A stretch of 64,000 nt of DNA, from NCBI GenBank assembly GCA_965279525.1, contig CBDIIB010000005.1:672001-736000 (forward strand), in the 5' to 3' direction. The first letter of the stretch is position 1, and every line of letters starts with the position of its first letter. Below the pieces are notes generated by a model, which was not told where the DNA came from, did not search any database, and was given only the letters and a program-made list of their open reading frames with translations. This document shows positions 10,233-19,395 of this stretch, one piece after another. Both the position numbers and the translations under genes were made by a program. The stretch comes from Tagaea sp. (GTDB lineage: Bacteria > Pseudomonadota > Alphaproteobacteria > CACIAM-22H2).

Positions 10233-10711
10233 GGCGTCGGCACCGCCGTCTCGGGACGGAAGAAGGCGACGAGCCGGCGGACCGCGATCAGCGCCAGGTA
10301 GGCCGCACCGATCACCATGCCCAGATAGACATGATCCATGCGCCAGCCGAGGCCGGGACTGTCCTGGAATTTCGCCACTTCCATCAGGCGCAGCGTGTAG
10401 ATGCCGATCGCGGCGGCAAGCACGAGCCAGAGGATCTCGATGGCAAGCTCGATCGTCCGGCGCGCCGGCCGCGGAAGGCGGACCAGCAGCGCGTCCATTC
10501 CGATATGGGCACCGCGCCGGTAGGCGACGGGGATTGCGATGAAGACCATCCAGACATGGCCGAACTTCTGGAATTCCTCGCTCCAGCTCAACGGCAGGCC
10601 GAGGACGAAGCGGTTGAAGACCTGCAGCCCGCCGACCAACGAGAACGCAAGGAAGATGAGGAAGAGCGCGAACTCCATCGCGCGGTCGACGGCGTGCAGT
10701 GCGGCTTTCAT
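10229..10711 (-). CDS. TRAP transporter small permease (DctQ)
   Basis: QVFNRFV...WSEE...HIGMD; stop overlaps the dctM start. Confidence 0.9.
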   Translation of the reverse strand: MKAALHAVDRAMEFALFLIFLAFSLVGGLQVFNRFVLGLPLSWSEEFQKFGHVWMVFIAIPVAYRRGAHIGMDALLVRLPRPARRTIELAIEILWLVLAAAIGIYTLRLMEVAKFQDSPGLGWRMDHVYLGMVIGAAYLALIAVRRLVAFFRPETAVPTP

Positions 10712-10772
10712 GTCGGTGTCCCTGGAGCCAGTGCGGCCGGCGGCGCGTTCGGCGCCGCCGGCCGGGGCTCGG

Positions 10773-11777
10773 CTACTTCGTCGCGCGGATCGTCCGGAGC
10801 AGATCTTCCGCGCCGATCTGCTTGGCAAGGTCGTCTTGCACCGGAGCCGCAGCCGAGATGAAAGGCTGCTTGTCAATCTGGTTGATGATCATGCCGCGCG
10901 CCTTGAGCGCCTCGAGCGCCTCAGCATCGCGCTGGGACGAGAGATTGCGGTTGACGTCCTGCGCCATCTTCGCCGCAGCGGCAAGAACCGTACGCTCCTT
11001 GTCCGTGTAGCCCGACCATTCCTTCATCGAGCACGCCGTGACGGTCGGTCCGAACAGATGGCCGGTGAGCGTCACGTACTTCGCGATCTCGTAGTATTTT
11101 CCGGTCAGCACGACCGGCGGCGCATGCTCGAAGCCGTCGAGCACGCCCGTCTGGAGCGCCGTATAGACCTCGCCGAACGCCATCGGCGTGGCGCTGGCGC
11201 CCATCGCGTTCAGCGCTGCGACGTACGTGGGCGTCTGGATGGTGCGGATCTTGAGGCCCTTGAGGTCGGCAGCCGTCTTGATTTCCTTCTTCGAGGTGAC
11301 GACGTTGCGGTAGCCCCAGCTGTCCTGCCAGCCGAGCACCTTGATGCCGCGACCCTCGTACTCCTTTGCAAGCGCTTGGCCGACAGGGCCGTCGAGCACG
11401 TTGTGCGCGTGGTCGTAGCCCTTCCACATGAAGGGCAGGTCGAGCACACCCATGCGGCGCACGAAGTTGTTGTGGATCGCGGTCCCGCCAATGTGGCACG
11501 TGGCGCCGGCACCCAGCTGCATGCCTTCGACGACCGCGCGCTCTTCGCCGAGCGCGTTCGCCGCATAGATGCGCGCATCCAATGTGTCGGAGTATTCGTT
11601 GATGTAGTTTTTCATCACCCACGCGACCATGTGGTTGTCGTTGCCGAGATCGGCAGCGGTCGCGTGGGACAGCTTGACCTGCTTCTTGGTCTGGGCGGTT
11701 GCGGTGTTCGGCGAGATGGCGGCGGCGGCAAGTGCCGCTGCGGCGACGAATCCGTACAGCATGGTCTTGCGGATCAT
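10773..11777 (-). CDS. TRAP transporter substrate-binding protein (DctP)
   Basis: Signal peptide, DLKGLKIR, MAFGEVYTALQTGVLDG. Confidence 0.94.
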   Translation of the reverse strand: MIRKTMLYGFVAAAALAAAAISPNTATAQTKKQVKLSHATAADLGNDNHMVAWVMKNYINEYSDTLDARIYAANALGEERAVVEGMQLGAGATCHIGGTAIHNNFVRRMGVLDLPFMWKGYDHAHNVLDGPVGQALAKEYEGRGIKVLGWQDSWGYRNVVTSKKEIKTAADLKGLKIRTIQTPTYVAALNAMGASATPMAFGEVYTALQTGVLDGFEHAPPVVLTGKYYEIAKYVTLTGHLFGPTVTACSMKEWSGYTDKERTVLAAAAKMAQDVNRNLSSQRDAEALEALKARGMIINQIDKQPFISAAAPVQDDLAKQIGAEDLLRTIRATK

Positions 11778-11842
11778 GGCGTTTCTCCCCTCTGGCGTTG
11801 GCTGCCCGGCTTATGCCGGATCTGCCTTGGTATATCGATTTA

Positions 11843-11856
11843 GTAGAACGTTACAC
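11843..11856. promoter_or_regulatory. Possible LacI-type operator upstream of the TRAP operon
   Basis: Imperfect palindrome GTagAACGTTacAC with a central CG, about 65 bp upstream of dctP in an operon that contains a LacI gene. Confidence 0.3.
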
Positions 11857-11916
11857 CAGAACGCCGCCGAGTCAAGCCGGCGGCGGGTGCCAGGAGGGCG
11901 GGGTGCTGAAACGCGA

Positions 11917-11945
11917 CCGGGAGCCCGCGCAAGGCAGGCTCCCGG
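11917..11945 (-). terminator. GC-rich hairpin downstream of the mddA-like gene
   Basis: CCGGGAGCC...GGCTCCCGG 9-bp stem; weak U-tract. Confidence 0.4.
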
Positions 11946-11966
11946 CCGCCGGAGAATTCGACGCGA

Positions 11967-12731
11967 TCAGTCGGCCTGGCGCTGGGAAGATTCCGCCGTA
12001 CCGCCCGCCTTCGGCCAAGGCAGGATCATCGAGACTCGGGCCTTGTAGCGACGGTACTCGTCGCCGAACACGTCGATCAGGTCGCGCTCTTCGAGGGCGA
12101 TGCCGACGAAGATGTACGCCGTGGTCACGGCCGCGAACAGGAGATGGCCGACCGTCATCGTGGGGGCCGCCCAGAACGCGATGATGAAACCCAGATAGAG
12201 CGGATGGCGGACGAACTTGTAGAACAGCGGCGTACGGAAGCGATGCCCGGCCATCTCCCGGCCGACGAGGTTGTAGGCAACCTGGTTCAGGCCGAACAGC
12301 TCGAAATGGTTGATCAGGAACGTGCTCGACAGCACGAGACCGAAGCCGGCGAACGACAGGACCGTGACCGCCATCGCGATCGACGGGTCATTGATCTGCC
12401 AGACCACGCCGGGGATCGGCTGCCAGTGCGCGAACAGGGCGATCAGCACGAGGCTGGAGAGCAGCACGTAGGTGCTCCGCTCGACCGTCTTCGGCACGTA
12501 CTGCATCCACCATTCCTTGAACTGCCGGCGGGCCATCACGCTGTGCTGGATCGCGAACAGCGACATCAGCGCCAGGTTCACGAGCAGCGCTTCGGATATC
12601 GGCCCGACGGCGCCGGAATCGATGTGCTTGGGCACAAGCATGCCTTCGACGAAGCCGATCGCGTAAAGGAACGTGACGAAGAACACGATGTAGGACGCGA
12701 CGCCATAAGCGAACGCGATGAAACGGGTCAT
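11967..12731 (-). CDS. mddA: Methanethiol S-methyltransferase (MddA-like, ICMT-family membrane methyltransferase)
   Basis: YAIGF, LFAIQHSVMAR, ERSTYVL, STFLINHFELFGL, FRTPLFYKFVRHPLY, EERDL; GGAG RBS before ATG 12731. Confidence 0.82.
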   Translation of the reverse strand: MTRFIAFAYGVASYIVFFVTFLYAIGFVEGMLVPKHIDSGAVGPISEALLVNLALMSLFAIQHSVMARRQFKEWWMQYVPKTVERSTYVLLSSLVLIALFAHWQPIPGVVWQINDPSIAMAVTVLSFAGFGLVLSSTFLINHFELFGLNQVAYNLVGREMAGHRFRTPLFYKFVRHPLYLGFIIAFWAAPTMTVGHLLFAAVTTAYIFVGIALEERDLIDVFGDEYRRYKARVSMILPWPKAGGTAESSQRQAD

Positions 12732-13093
12732 TGGCTCCTCCGATTTTGAAGTCGATCGAGTTGCCGGCGGGCACTGCGACAGCAAATGCTTCCGCGTGCG
12801 GGCGTATGCGACTCGAAAGAGGGTGGTCAGGCCGCAGTGAGTAAAGTGCGGGTCGACTCCGACGAATGACCAAACGTCCAAGAATCGATGCTCAAAATCC
12901 AGTTTTCAGCATGCAGCATATGATTGTATTGAATTTCGGGTGATTTTCCGATCATCGGCGCCAAAGGCTTTCCGAAGCGGCCGGGCGGTGTCTCGGCGCC
13001 AAGGAGAGTCCGTCGCGGGTGTGAATTCGTTTTACAGTGTGTATTCAATGGGGCGACATTGCGGGTCGCGACGGGTTGGAAAAGGAACAGGGC

Positions 13094-14395
13094 ATGGATG
13101 CGGCAACACGGGCACGAATGGCGGCGGAATCGCTGGGCGACGGCCCGGTCGGTCTGCTGCGCGAGATGATCGCCCGGCAGCGGGACGGCGAGGATGCCGT
13201 GCAGGCCTGCTTCGCTGCTGCCTGCGAAGCGGCCGGTGCCGAGGTCACACGCCATCGCTATCTGCCGTCCGACGTCCGGCCGCGCGAGGAATTTGCAGCG
13301 GGCCAGGTCATCGCGCCCGAGCCGCGCGAGGCGGTCGTCGCCCGCCTGAAGGGTACGGGCGGCGGGCGCAGCCTGCTGGTGTTCGCGCATCCGGACGGCG
13401 AACGGTTCGAGCCGGCACACGGCTGGCGCCATGATCCGTTCGGCGGCGCCATCGAGAACGGCCGCATGCATGGCTGGGGCATCGCCGACGATCTCGCCGG
13501 CGTGGCGACGATGGCCGGCGCGCTGCAGGCGCTGGCCAAAGGCGGGCTCAGGCCCGCCGGCGACGTGATCTTGTGCAGCACGCCGTCCAAGCGCCATGCG
13601 CGCGGCGTACATGCACTTCTCCAGGCAGGCATGCGCGCCGACGCTTCGGTCTATCTGCACCCGGCGGAATCGGGCAAGGGCATGCGCGAGGTGAAGACGC
13701 TCGCCCCCGGCCAGCTCGTGTTCCGGATCACCGTCGCCGGCCGACTGCCGGCCACGAACGAGCCCGACCACACGGCCTTCGCGCACAACGCCGTGAATCC
13801 GGTCGGAAAGGCACTGCTGGTCTGCCAGGCACTCGCCGCACTCGACGCAAGGCGTGGCACGCGCGTCGTGCATCCCACGCTGCAGGCGGCGATCGGCCGC
13901 TCGACGAACCTGCTGGTCGGCGATTTCGCCACGCTCGGCGACGGACGGGAGTCGCGCATCGCACCTAGTGTCCGCGTGTCCTGCGCGCTGTCGTTTCCGC
14001 CCGGCGAGAAGCTGGCCGACGTGCAGGCGGAAGTCGCCGCCGCGATCGCCGAGGCCGTCGCCGCGGATGCGTATATGCGCGATACGCCGCCGCTCGTCGA
14101 GTTCCTGTCGGGCGTGACCGGCGCCGAAGTGCCTGCGGGCCATCCGCTTCGCGCGGCCGTCGACGCCGCGATCCTGGAAGTGACCGGCAAGGCGCCGGTC
14201 GCCAATCCGCTGCACACGTCGTCCGACATCCGCAATCCGATCGTGCAGAGCGGCATCCCGTGCGTCGGCCTGGGCCCGTTGTGCGGCGATCTCACGCAGA
14301 ACGGCTCGCGCGACGAATGGGTCGATGTCGCGGACTACCGGCGCGGCGTGGGCGTGTTGGCGGGCGCCATCGCGCTGTGGTGCGGGCTCGCCTAG
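13094..14395 (+). CDS. M20 family metallopeptidase/deacylase (ArgE/DapE-like)
   Basis: FAHPD, W.HDPFGG.IENGRMHGWGIADD, NPV, DEWV; several canonical metal and catalytic residues look substituted. Confidence 0.82.
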   Translation: MDAATRARMAAESLGDGPVGLLREMIARQRDGEDAVQACFAAACEAAGAEVTRHRYLPSDVRPREEFAAGQVIAPEPREAVVARLKGTGGGRSLLVFAHPDGERFEPAHGWRHDPFGGAIENGRMHGWGIADDLAGVATMAGALQALAKGGLRPAGDVILCSTPSKRHARGVHALLQAGMRADASVYLHPAESGKGMREVKTLAPGQLVFRITVAGRLPATNEPDHTAFAHNAVNPVGKALLVCQALAALDARRGTRVVHPTLQAAIGRSTNLLVGDFATLGDGRESRIAPSVRVSCALSFPPGEKLADVQAEVAAAIAEAVAADAYMRDTPPLVEFLSGVTGAEVPAGHPLRAAVDAAILEVTGKAPVANPLHTSSDIRNPIVQSGIPCVGLGPLCGDLTQNGSRDEWVDVADYRRGVGVLAGAIALWCGLA

Positions 14396-14413
14396 ACGTC
14401 GAGGTTCGCCGGC

Positions 14414-14503
14414 TGGCCTGTGCCGGGTTCTGCGGACACCGAGATAGGTTCGATTACGGATCAGACACCACCCTCAACCGGGTGAGTTCACGGGCTCAGG
14501 CCA
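14414..14503 (+). repeat. 90-bp junction element, copy A (TGGCCTG...CAGGCCA terminal inverted repeats); left boundary of the accessory region
   Basis: Terminal IRs match at 11 of the first 13 nt; lies 18 bp after the M20 stop, where GC content drops; homologous to copies at 31378, 37448 and 45099. Confidence 0.85.
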
Positions 14504-14558
14504 CAGCAGTCATAGAAACTCGACGGTCATTGACCTCTGCCAGCAGGAAAGTACTTTC

Positions 14559-15497
14559 TTATTCTTCATCCTTTGACGAAGCGACCGCTGCGATCTGCTC
14601 TTCCTGCCAAGCGGCATATGACTTCTTTGTGCCTTTAACGCACCAAGAAGTACGGCCATTGTCCGGTCGCCCCACGATTACAGCTGAAGCGGCACTCGGG
14701 CTACGGAATGCGTAGTCGCGATAGAAGCGCAAACGCCCTGCCGCTCCGGGGATAAGCACACCCTCTTCGATAAGCCGCCGATGGAGTTCCTTGTAGTGGT
14801 GAGATGCAGTACCAATCCAAGATTCCTGCGCCTGAGAATTAGCGAAAACGACAAAGTCGCCGTCCATTTCACGTGCCTCGGCGCGAATATCATGCTTCTT
14901 GCTGATCAACTCGAAGATGGGAGATTCTGCTTCTATGACTTGATCAGCTCCCGCAGGCGCGATGGCTGCGGACTCGATTCTTGGCTGATCTTTCAGAAGC
15001 TCAAGTCCCAGTACTGGCAATACAATGCGTAATTGCTCAATGAAGAATTCCATATCGGAGAGATCGCCTTCGGGTAGTTGGCTGTGGTCCGGTGCCGTAC
15101 CGTTGAGCAGCTTGGCCCGCCCTGCCCCATTGGCTATGGCAATCAGACGGCTTTCCAAGTATCGCGCATGCGCCTTCGTCAGATTTTGATCCTTGCTAGT
15201 AACCACGCAAGTTCGCTCCCAGAATTCCTTGGCGTTGTCTTTGTTGTGCTGAACAAGTCTCTTGCCCACATTGTCGGTTTCGCCCACATAGACCAAAGGC
15301 TTGAGACCTTCCTCTGGGTCAGCTCCGGCCAGGATATAGATCCCGGTCCGCCCAACTTCGGGCCGCTGAATTAAATCGGCTAGACGCGATCGTGGGGCCA
15401 GAATTACGTGGCCGGTCCAATTCATGATCTCGGCGGTGATAATTCCACCCGGCGTTCCGTCAGCAAGAAAAAGACGGATGGATCGACCCTTTGTCAC
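14559..15497 (-). CDS. GIY-YIG nuclease with DUF4357-type C-terminal domain
   Basis: GIYIL...VYVGETDNVGKRLVQH, LTKAHARYLE; C-terminal F.SPSAASAVIVGR..NGRTSW; GTG start with GAGG RBS; lower GC. Confidence 0.88.
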   Translation of the reverse strand: MTKGRSIRLFLADGTPGGIITAEIMNWTGHVILAPRSRLADLIQRPEVGRTGIYILAGADPEEGLKPLVYVGETDNVGKRLVQHNKDNAKEFWERTCVVTSKDQNLTKAHARYLESRLIAIANGAGRAKLLNGTAPDHSQLPEGDLSDMEFFIEQLRIVLPVLGLELLKDQPRIESAAIAPAGADQVIEAESPIFELISKKHDIRAEAREMDGDFVVFANSQAQESWIGTASHHYKELHRRLIEEGVLIPGAAGRLRFYRDYAFRSPSAASAVIVGRPDNGRTSWCVKGTKKSYAAWQEEQIAAVASSKDEE

Positions 15498-15549
15498 GCC
15501 CTCACCTCAGTCAGCATGGCCCGAATGCGACATAGATGTAGCGATCCAC

Positions 15550-15671
15550 AGTAAGTGAGATTCGCCGGCGGCTAAGTTGTTGTTCGTGCTGTACGGCAAA
15601 AACTGCATGTCGTCGATGAATTGCAGAGTAAGTGAGATTCCGCGTTGTTGGAATCAGAGAACATGAGATTC
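15550..15671. repeat. Direct repeats AGTAAGTGAGATTC (15550-15563, 15627-15640) plus partial TGAGATTC (15664-15671)
   Basis: Exact 14-bp duplication in the divergent intergenic region. Confidence 0.75.
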
Positions 15672-15838
15672 GAAATTCAGCCTTCATAATTTCAACTATT
15701 TACGATCTTCAAAACGAGCAGTTACGAACTGCGATTTTCGCCGACGCTCTACGAGCATCCCGCAGTCGATACGAATAGAAGTTGACGACCTCTGCTTTAG
15801 AACATTCAGTGAACTCGTCTTTTGAAAACGAGGTTCAA

Positions 15839-16075
15839 ATGTTCACGCTGTCCTGCCGCAGCTGCCGCCACTGGGAGTGTCGCTCCGACGAGCGATCGGG
15901 TGTCTGCCGCTTTTCCCCGCCCCGCAGCCTCACTCTGCTCTCCGCCACCGACGATCCCGAGCTTCGGGTCGTCTGGCCCGTGACCCTTGCCGACGATCGT
16001 TGCGGAGCTTGGAACGGCAACGCCCATCGCTACCGTGGCACAGCCAACGCTGGCCGCACATCGGAGGCCGGGTAA
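15839..16075 (+). CDS. Small 4-Cys putative metal-binding protein
   Basis: GAGG RBS; CxxCxxW...G.CR..PP...WP.T...D.CGxW pattern; stop 3 nt before the AAA start. Confidence 0.7.
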   Translation: MFTLSCRSCRHWECRSDERSGVCRFSPPRSLTLLSATDDPELRVVWPVTLADDRCGAWNGNAHRYRGTANAGRTSEAG

Positions 16076-16078
16076 GTC

Positions 16079-17452
16079 ATGTTCATTCCCGATAACGAAA
16101 CCGAACTCGCCAAGCTGGTTCTCTGGACCAATCCTCCGAAGGACGAGATCAACGGGCGCCATCGCTCGAGATGGCTACTGGAGAACCTGGAGGAGCGACC
16201 GGCGCTCAAGTTCGTCGATGTGCCGAAAAAGGAAGAGGAGCTCTTCAAGTTTGCGCTAAAGCTCCGGGCTGTCGGCCGGCCAGGGCTCTATATCGCGTTT
16301 CTGGTCGTTCTGGCGCTGGGTGGGCATCCCTTCGCGTGCTTGATCACCGCCGGGATCCTTACCCAGCGGATCGCAGAGGGTACGTGTCGGAACGAGCGAG
16401 TCCTGAGGCGCCGGATCAATGGGTGGCTAAGCACCCCCAAGGCAGCCGACTTCACGAAGGCACTCGGTCTTCCGTCGATACTGTTCACATTGGATTTCGA
16501 CGAGAAGCGCATGGCCAGGGCTGCCGACCGGACAAGCGAACTCCGTCGCCAGATCGATCTTAACGAGCGGAAGGTCACGCTCATCGAAGGAACGCTCGAG
16601 AAGTGGAAGTCGGATGCGTCCAGTTCGGAGCGCTATGTCCGCCTCAACCGTTCACTGGACCTCAAAGGCAATGTCGATCGTGTCAGCAGCGACCGACTGA
16701 TCATTGCCCTACGCCACGAATACCCCTGGGCAGACGAACTTCTCCGGGATATCGGGATAGCCCTGACGCTCTCGATTTCCTCGGGCAAGCCGTGGCTTGC
16801 ACTCCCACCGCTCTTGCTCGTGGGGCCAGCGGGCGTCGGGAAGACCCGCTTCGTGCGGCGTCTGTCCGAACTCAGCGGTGTTCCCTTCCGAGTGGTCAAT
16901 GCCGGTGGCAGTTCCGACAGCCGGGACTTCTCCGGGACCGCCCGCGGCTGGGGAAGCGCCAAGCCGGCCCGGATCGTCGAGATCCTTCGCGAGACCGAGA
17001 CCGCCAATCCAATCGTCCTGATCGACGAGATCGACAAGGCCGGAGGCAGTGACCGAAACGGCCGAATGACAGCAACTCTGCTGACCATGCTGGAGCCAGA
17101 GACGCGCGGAAGGTTCTACGATGAGGCACTCGCTGCAAATGTCGACTTGTCGCACGTGAACTGGATTCTCACGGCAAACGACATCAGCTTACTTGGCCAG
17201 CCACTCCTGTCCCGCGTTCGGTTGGTCCGAATGCCGCAGCCGCCAGCCGCTCATGCCGGCCGGATCATCGAGACAGTCGTTGCTGACATCGGGCGCAAGC
17301 GCGGATGGCCGAAAGATGCCCTCCCCGAGCTTGAGGTGGAGGTGAAGTGCGCGCTGATCGCTGCAATAGAGAGGGGTATGTCGCCTCGGCGGCTCAATGC
17401 CGTTCTCGAAGAGATTCTTGCGATCGAGACGAGGCGGCGATTGGTATCATGA
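16079..17452 (+). CDS. AAA+ ATPase, Lon-type ATPase domain without a protease domain
   Basis: Walker A GPAGVGKT, Walker B VLIDEIDK, LLTMLEPE, DLSHVNWILTAN, PLLSRV; ends shortly after the AAA lid. Confidence 0.88.
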   Translation: MFIPDNETELAKLVLWTNPPKDEINGRHRSRWLLENLEERPALKFVDVPKKEEELFKFALKLRAVGRPGLYIAFLVVLALGGHPFACLITAGILTQRIAEGTCRNERVLRRRINGWLSTPKAADFTKALGLPSILFTLDFDEKRMARAADRTSELRRQIDLNERKVTLIEGTLEKWKSDASSSERYVRLNRSLDLKGNVDRVSSDRLIIALRHEYPWADELLRDIGIALTLSISSGKPWLALPPLLLVGPAGVGKTRFVRRLSELSGVPFRVVNAGGSSDSRDFSGTARGWGSAKPARIVEILRETETANPIVLIDEIDKAGGSDRNGRMTATLLTMLEPETRGRFYDEALAANVDLSHVNWILTANDISLLGQPLLSRVRLVRMPQPPAAHAGRIIETVVADIGRKRGWPKDALPELEVEVKCALIAAIERGMSPRRLNAVLEEILAIETRRRLVS

Positions 17453-17487
17453 TGGCCTGAGCCCATTGACTTCACATTTGGTCGAAG
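17453..17487 (-). repeat. Partial junction element, copy B, abutting the AAA stop codon
   Basis: TGGCCTGAGCCC is identical to the 12-nt terminus of copies A and C; degenerate similarity follows (CAC...GGTcGAAG). Confidence 0.6.
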
Positions 17488-17643
17488 CGGGACGATTAGA
17501 ACACGCGACCCCAGTCCCCCACGATTTCCGATTATTCGATGATTTCAATGTCGATTCCCACATTTCCCGGCATTTAAGGGAACCGATTGGAAATCAAGGG
17601 CAACGAATGCACGTCGCCAAATTTGGTACGGGCGGCAAGTCAC

Positions 17644-18831
17644 CTATCCAGGCTGTCCGTCAGGTCGGCTGAGGGCCAAGATGGGCAAGAAACGCACAAA
17701 GAATATCGCAAACCCGCTCGCCCAAAGCGCACCCGAAAATCCGATCAACTCTTGTCCAAAATCTCCGCCGAATATCGGGCCGACAATGGCGCGGCCAGCA
17801 GCCGCGGCACTTACAAGCACATAGGCCGAGACAAGCCAGCCATCGGCGAGAATCGGGCGCCCCGTGTGGCCAAGCGATGCACGCGACATCACGCCCAAGA
17901 TCATCGTTCCGAATGCGCCAAGTGTGATCGCATGGAGGGCCATGGTCTGCGTACCGATCCCAAGCCCTGCCGCCGATGCCCATATCGCAAATCCGGCGAC
18001 CAGCCACGCATAGCCGAGATGAAGGACCCAGACGATCGGCATGCCGACTGTTGCCATCGGCTTCCAGCCCAGCAGACGTACGAAGTTCAAGACAGTTGCC
18101 AGCGCGGCCAGCGCGGCGATCACGGAATCCGGAACGCTGGCGGCATCCGCAAGGAAGCAGAGCAGTACCGAGGCGATCGCCGCCTTGTCGAGGGCCGGTC
18201 TGCCGGCAAGCTCGATCTGTAGGCCTGCGCCCCGCAGTGCGTTCTGCGTAAATGCTGGGATGATCCGGCCGCCGATGGTCGCGACAAGCGCGGTGACGAT
18301 ACCGATCGCCAGATACAGGGATGGACGCGCCACGTCTTGCCACACGCCGGTTGCGTCGAGATGCACCACCAGATTGGTGCCGGAGAGCACGATGAGAAGC
18401 CCGACAATTGGGGCGTTTCGAAAGAGCCGCTTCTCCATGATCGCTCGCCCTGCCCAAATCGCGAGAGCCGGCAGAAAGCCAATATCGAGGAGAGCGAAGG
18501 CGATCGGGGTAGTTTCCGCAACGGTCCAGGCAGCGACCCGCCCTGTCGCCCATAAGAAAAACAGCAACGCGAGAGCAGATCCACGTAGCGGCGCCACGCC
18601 AGTCCAGTTCGGAACGGCCGTCAGCAAGAAGCCTGCAAGCGCGGCAGCGACGAACCCGAAGATCATCTCGTGCGCATGCCACAACATGGCCGGCAGGACC
18701 GGCTGGAATTCGACGTGCCCCACCCAAACGAGAATCCAGCCGACTGCTCCCCAAACCGCATAGAGAGCTGCGCCGAGGAAGAATGGCCGGAAACCATATG
18801 CGAAGACAGCAATACGCCCTTTTGGGGTCAC
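17644..18831 (-). CDS. nnrS: NnrS family protein (NO-response haem-copper membrane protein)
   Basis: GFRPFFL, WHAHEMIFGF, GFLLTAVPNWTG, IGGRIIPAFT, RASLGHTGR; GTG 18831 overlaps the upstream stop (GTGA). Confidence 0.93.
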   Translation of the reverse strand: MTPKGRIAVFAYGFRPFFLGAALYAVWGAVGWILVWVGHVEFQPVLPAMLWHAHEMIFGFVAAALAGFLLTAVPNWTGVAPLRGSALALLFFLWATGRVAAWTVAETTPIAFALLDIGFLPALAIWAGRAIMEKRLFRNAPIVGLLIVLSGTNLVVHLDATGVWQDVARPSLYLAIGIVTALVATIGGRIIPAFTQNALRGAGLQIELAGRPALDKAAIASVLLCFLADAASVPDSVIAALAALATVLNFVRLLGWKPMATVGMPIVWVLHLGYAWLVAGFAIWASAAGLGIGTQTMALHAITLGAFGTMILGVMSRASLGHTGRPILADGWLVSAYVLVSAAAAGRAIVGPIFGGDFGQELIGFSGALWASGFAIFFVRFLPILALSRPDGQPG

Positions 18832-19391
18832 CTGCGTCGGTCCCTTATGTTTCGCGAAAGACAACTTCTATCAGAATCTGTCAGCCGCCGCCGAGCCAGC
18901 GGCAGTACAATCGCATCTTCCAGTTCCAGCACGCGACGCTGAGACTCGATGAATCTTTTCAAGGCAGCGCGAAGGCTGTCGCCAATAGCTCGATCAATGC
19001 GAACAGTCTCGAGTTCGTTCACGATAGCCAAGCATTCGGCAGCGTCTCGCGCCGGCTCGTTGGCAACCATTTCGAGAATTCTCTCTAACCCATCTGCACT
19101 TCCGCAGCGTATCCGAAGCAGCGGAAACAGTCCTTCGTCCTCGTCCAGCACATGGCGCGCCAAGTCCGACAGTATGAAGTTGATCGCGAGATGCGCTATG
19201 GCAAAGCGAGAACCCGCTTTCGGCTCTGATCCAAGTCGCGCCAGCAACGAAAGGAGTGCGCGCACTCGATAGTTCTCGGTCTCGAGATAGTCGAGCGGCT
19301 CCGCAATAAGGCGCAGATCTGCAGCCCCGATGGCAAATACATCTCCGGCAATACTGCCTCTCGTACCTGCTCCCGCCATTCCGACATCCAC
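18828..19391 (-). CDS. Hemerythrin-like domain protein (degenerate)
   Basis: HVLDEDEGLFP and LEDAIVLP.ARRRL motifs; several His ligands are absent. Confidence 0.72.
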   Translation of the reverse strand: MDVGMAGAGTRGSIAGDVFAIGAADLRLIAEPLDYLETENYRVRALLSLLARLGSEPKAGSRFAIAHLAINFILSDLARHVLDEDEGLFPLLRIRCGSADGLERILEMVANEPARDAAECLAIVNELETVRIDRAIGDSLRAALKRFIESQRRVLELEDAIVLPLARRRLTDSDRSCLSRNIRDRRR

Positions 19392-19395
19392 CGTT

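Noticed and set aside
14414-14503. The 90-bp element as an integron attC or pdif site
   Set aside because: No RYYYAAC...GTTRRRY order or long hairpin, no 28-bp XerC/D consensus, and no integrase in the window.
15550-15671. Mini CRISPR array
   Set aside because: Repeats are only 14 bp, spacing is irregular, and there are no cas genes.
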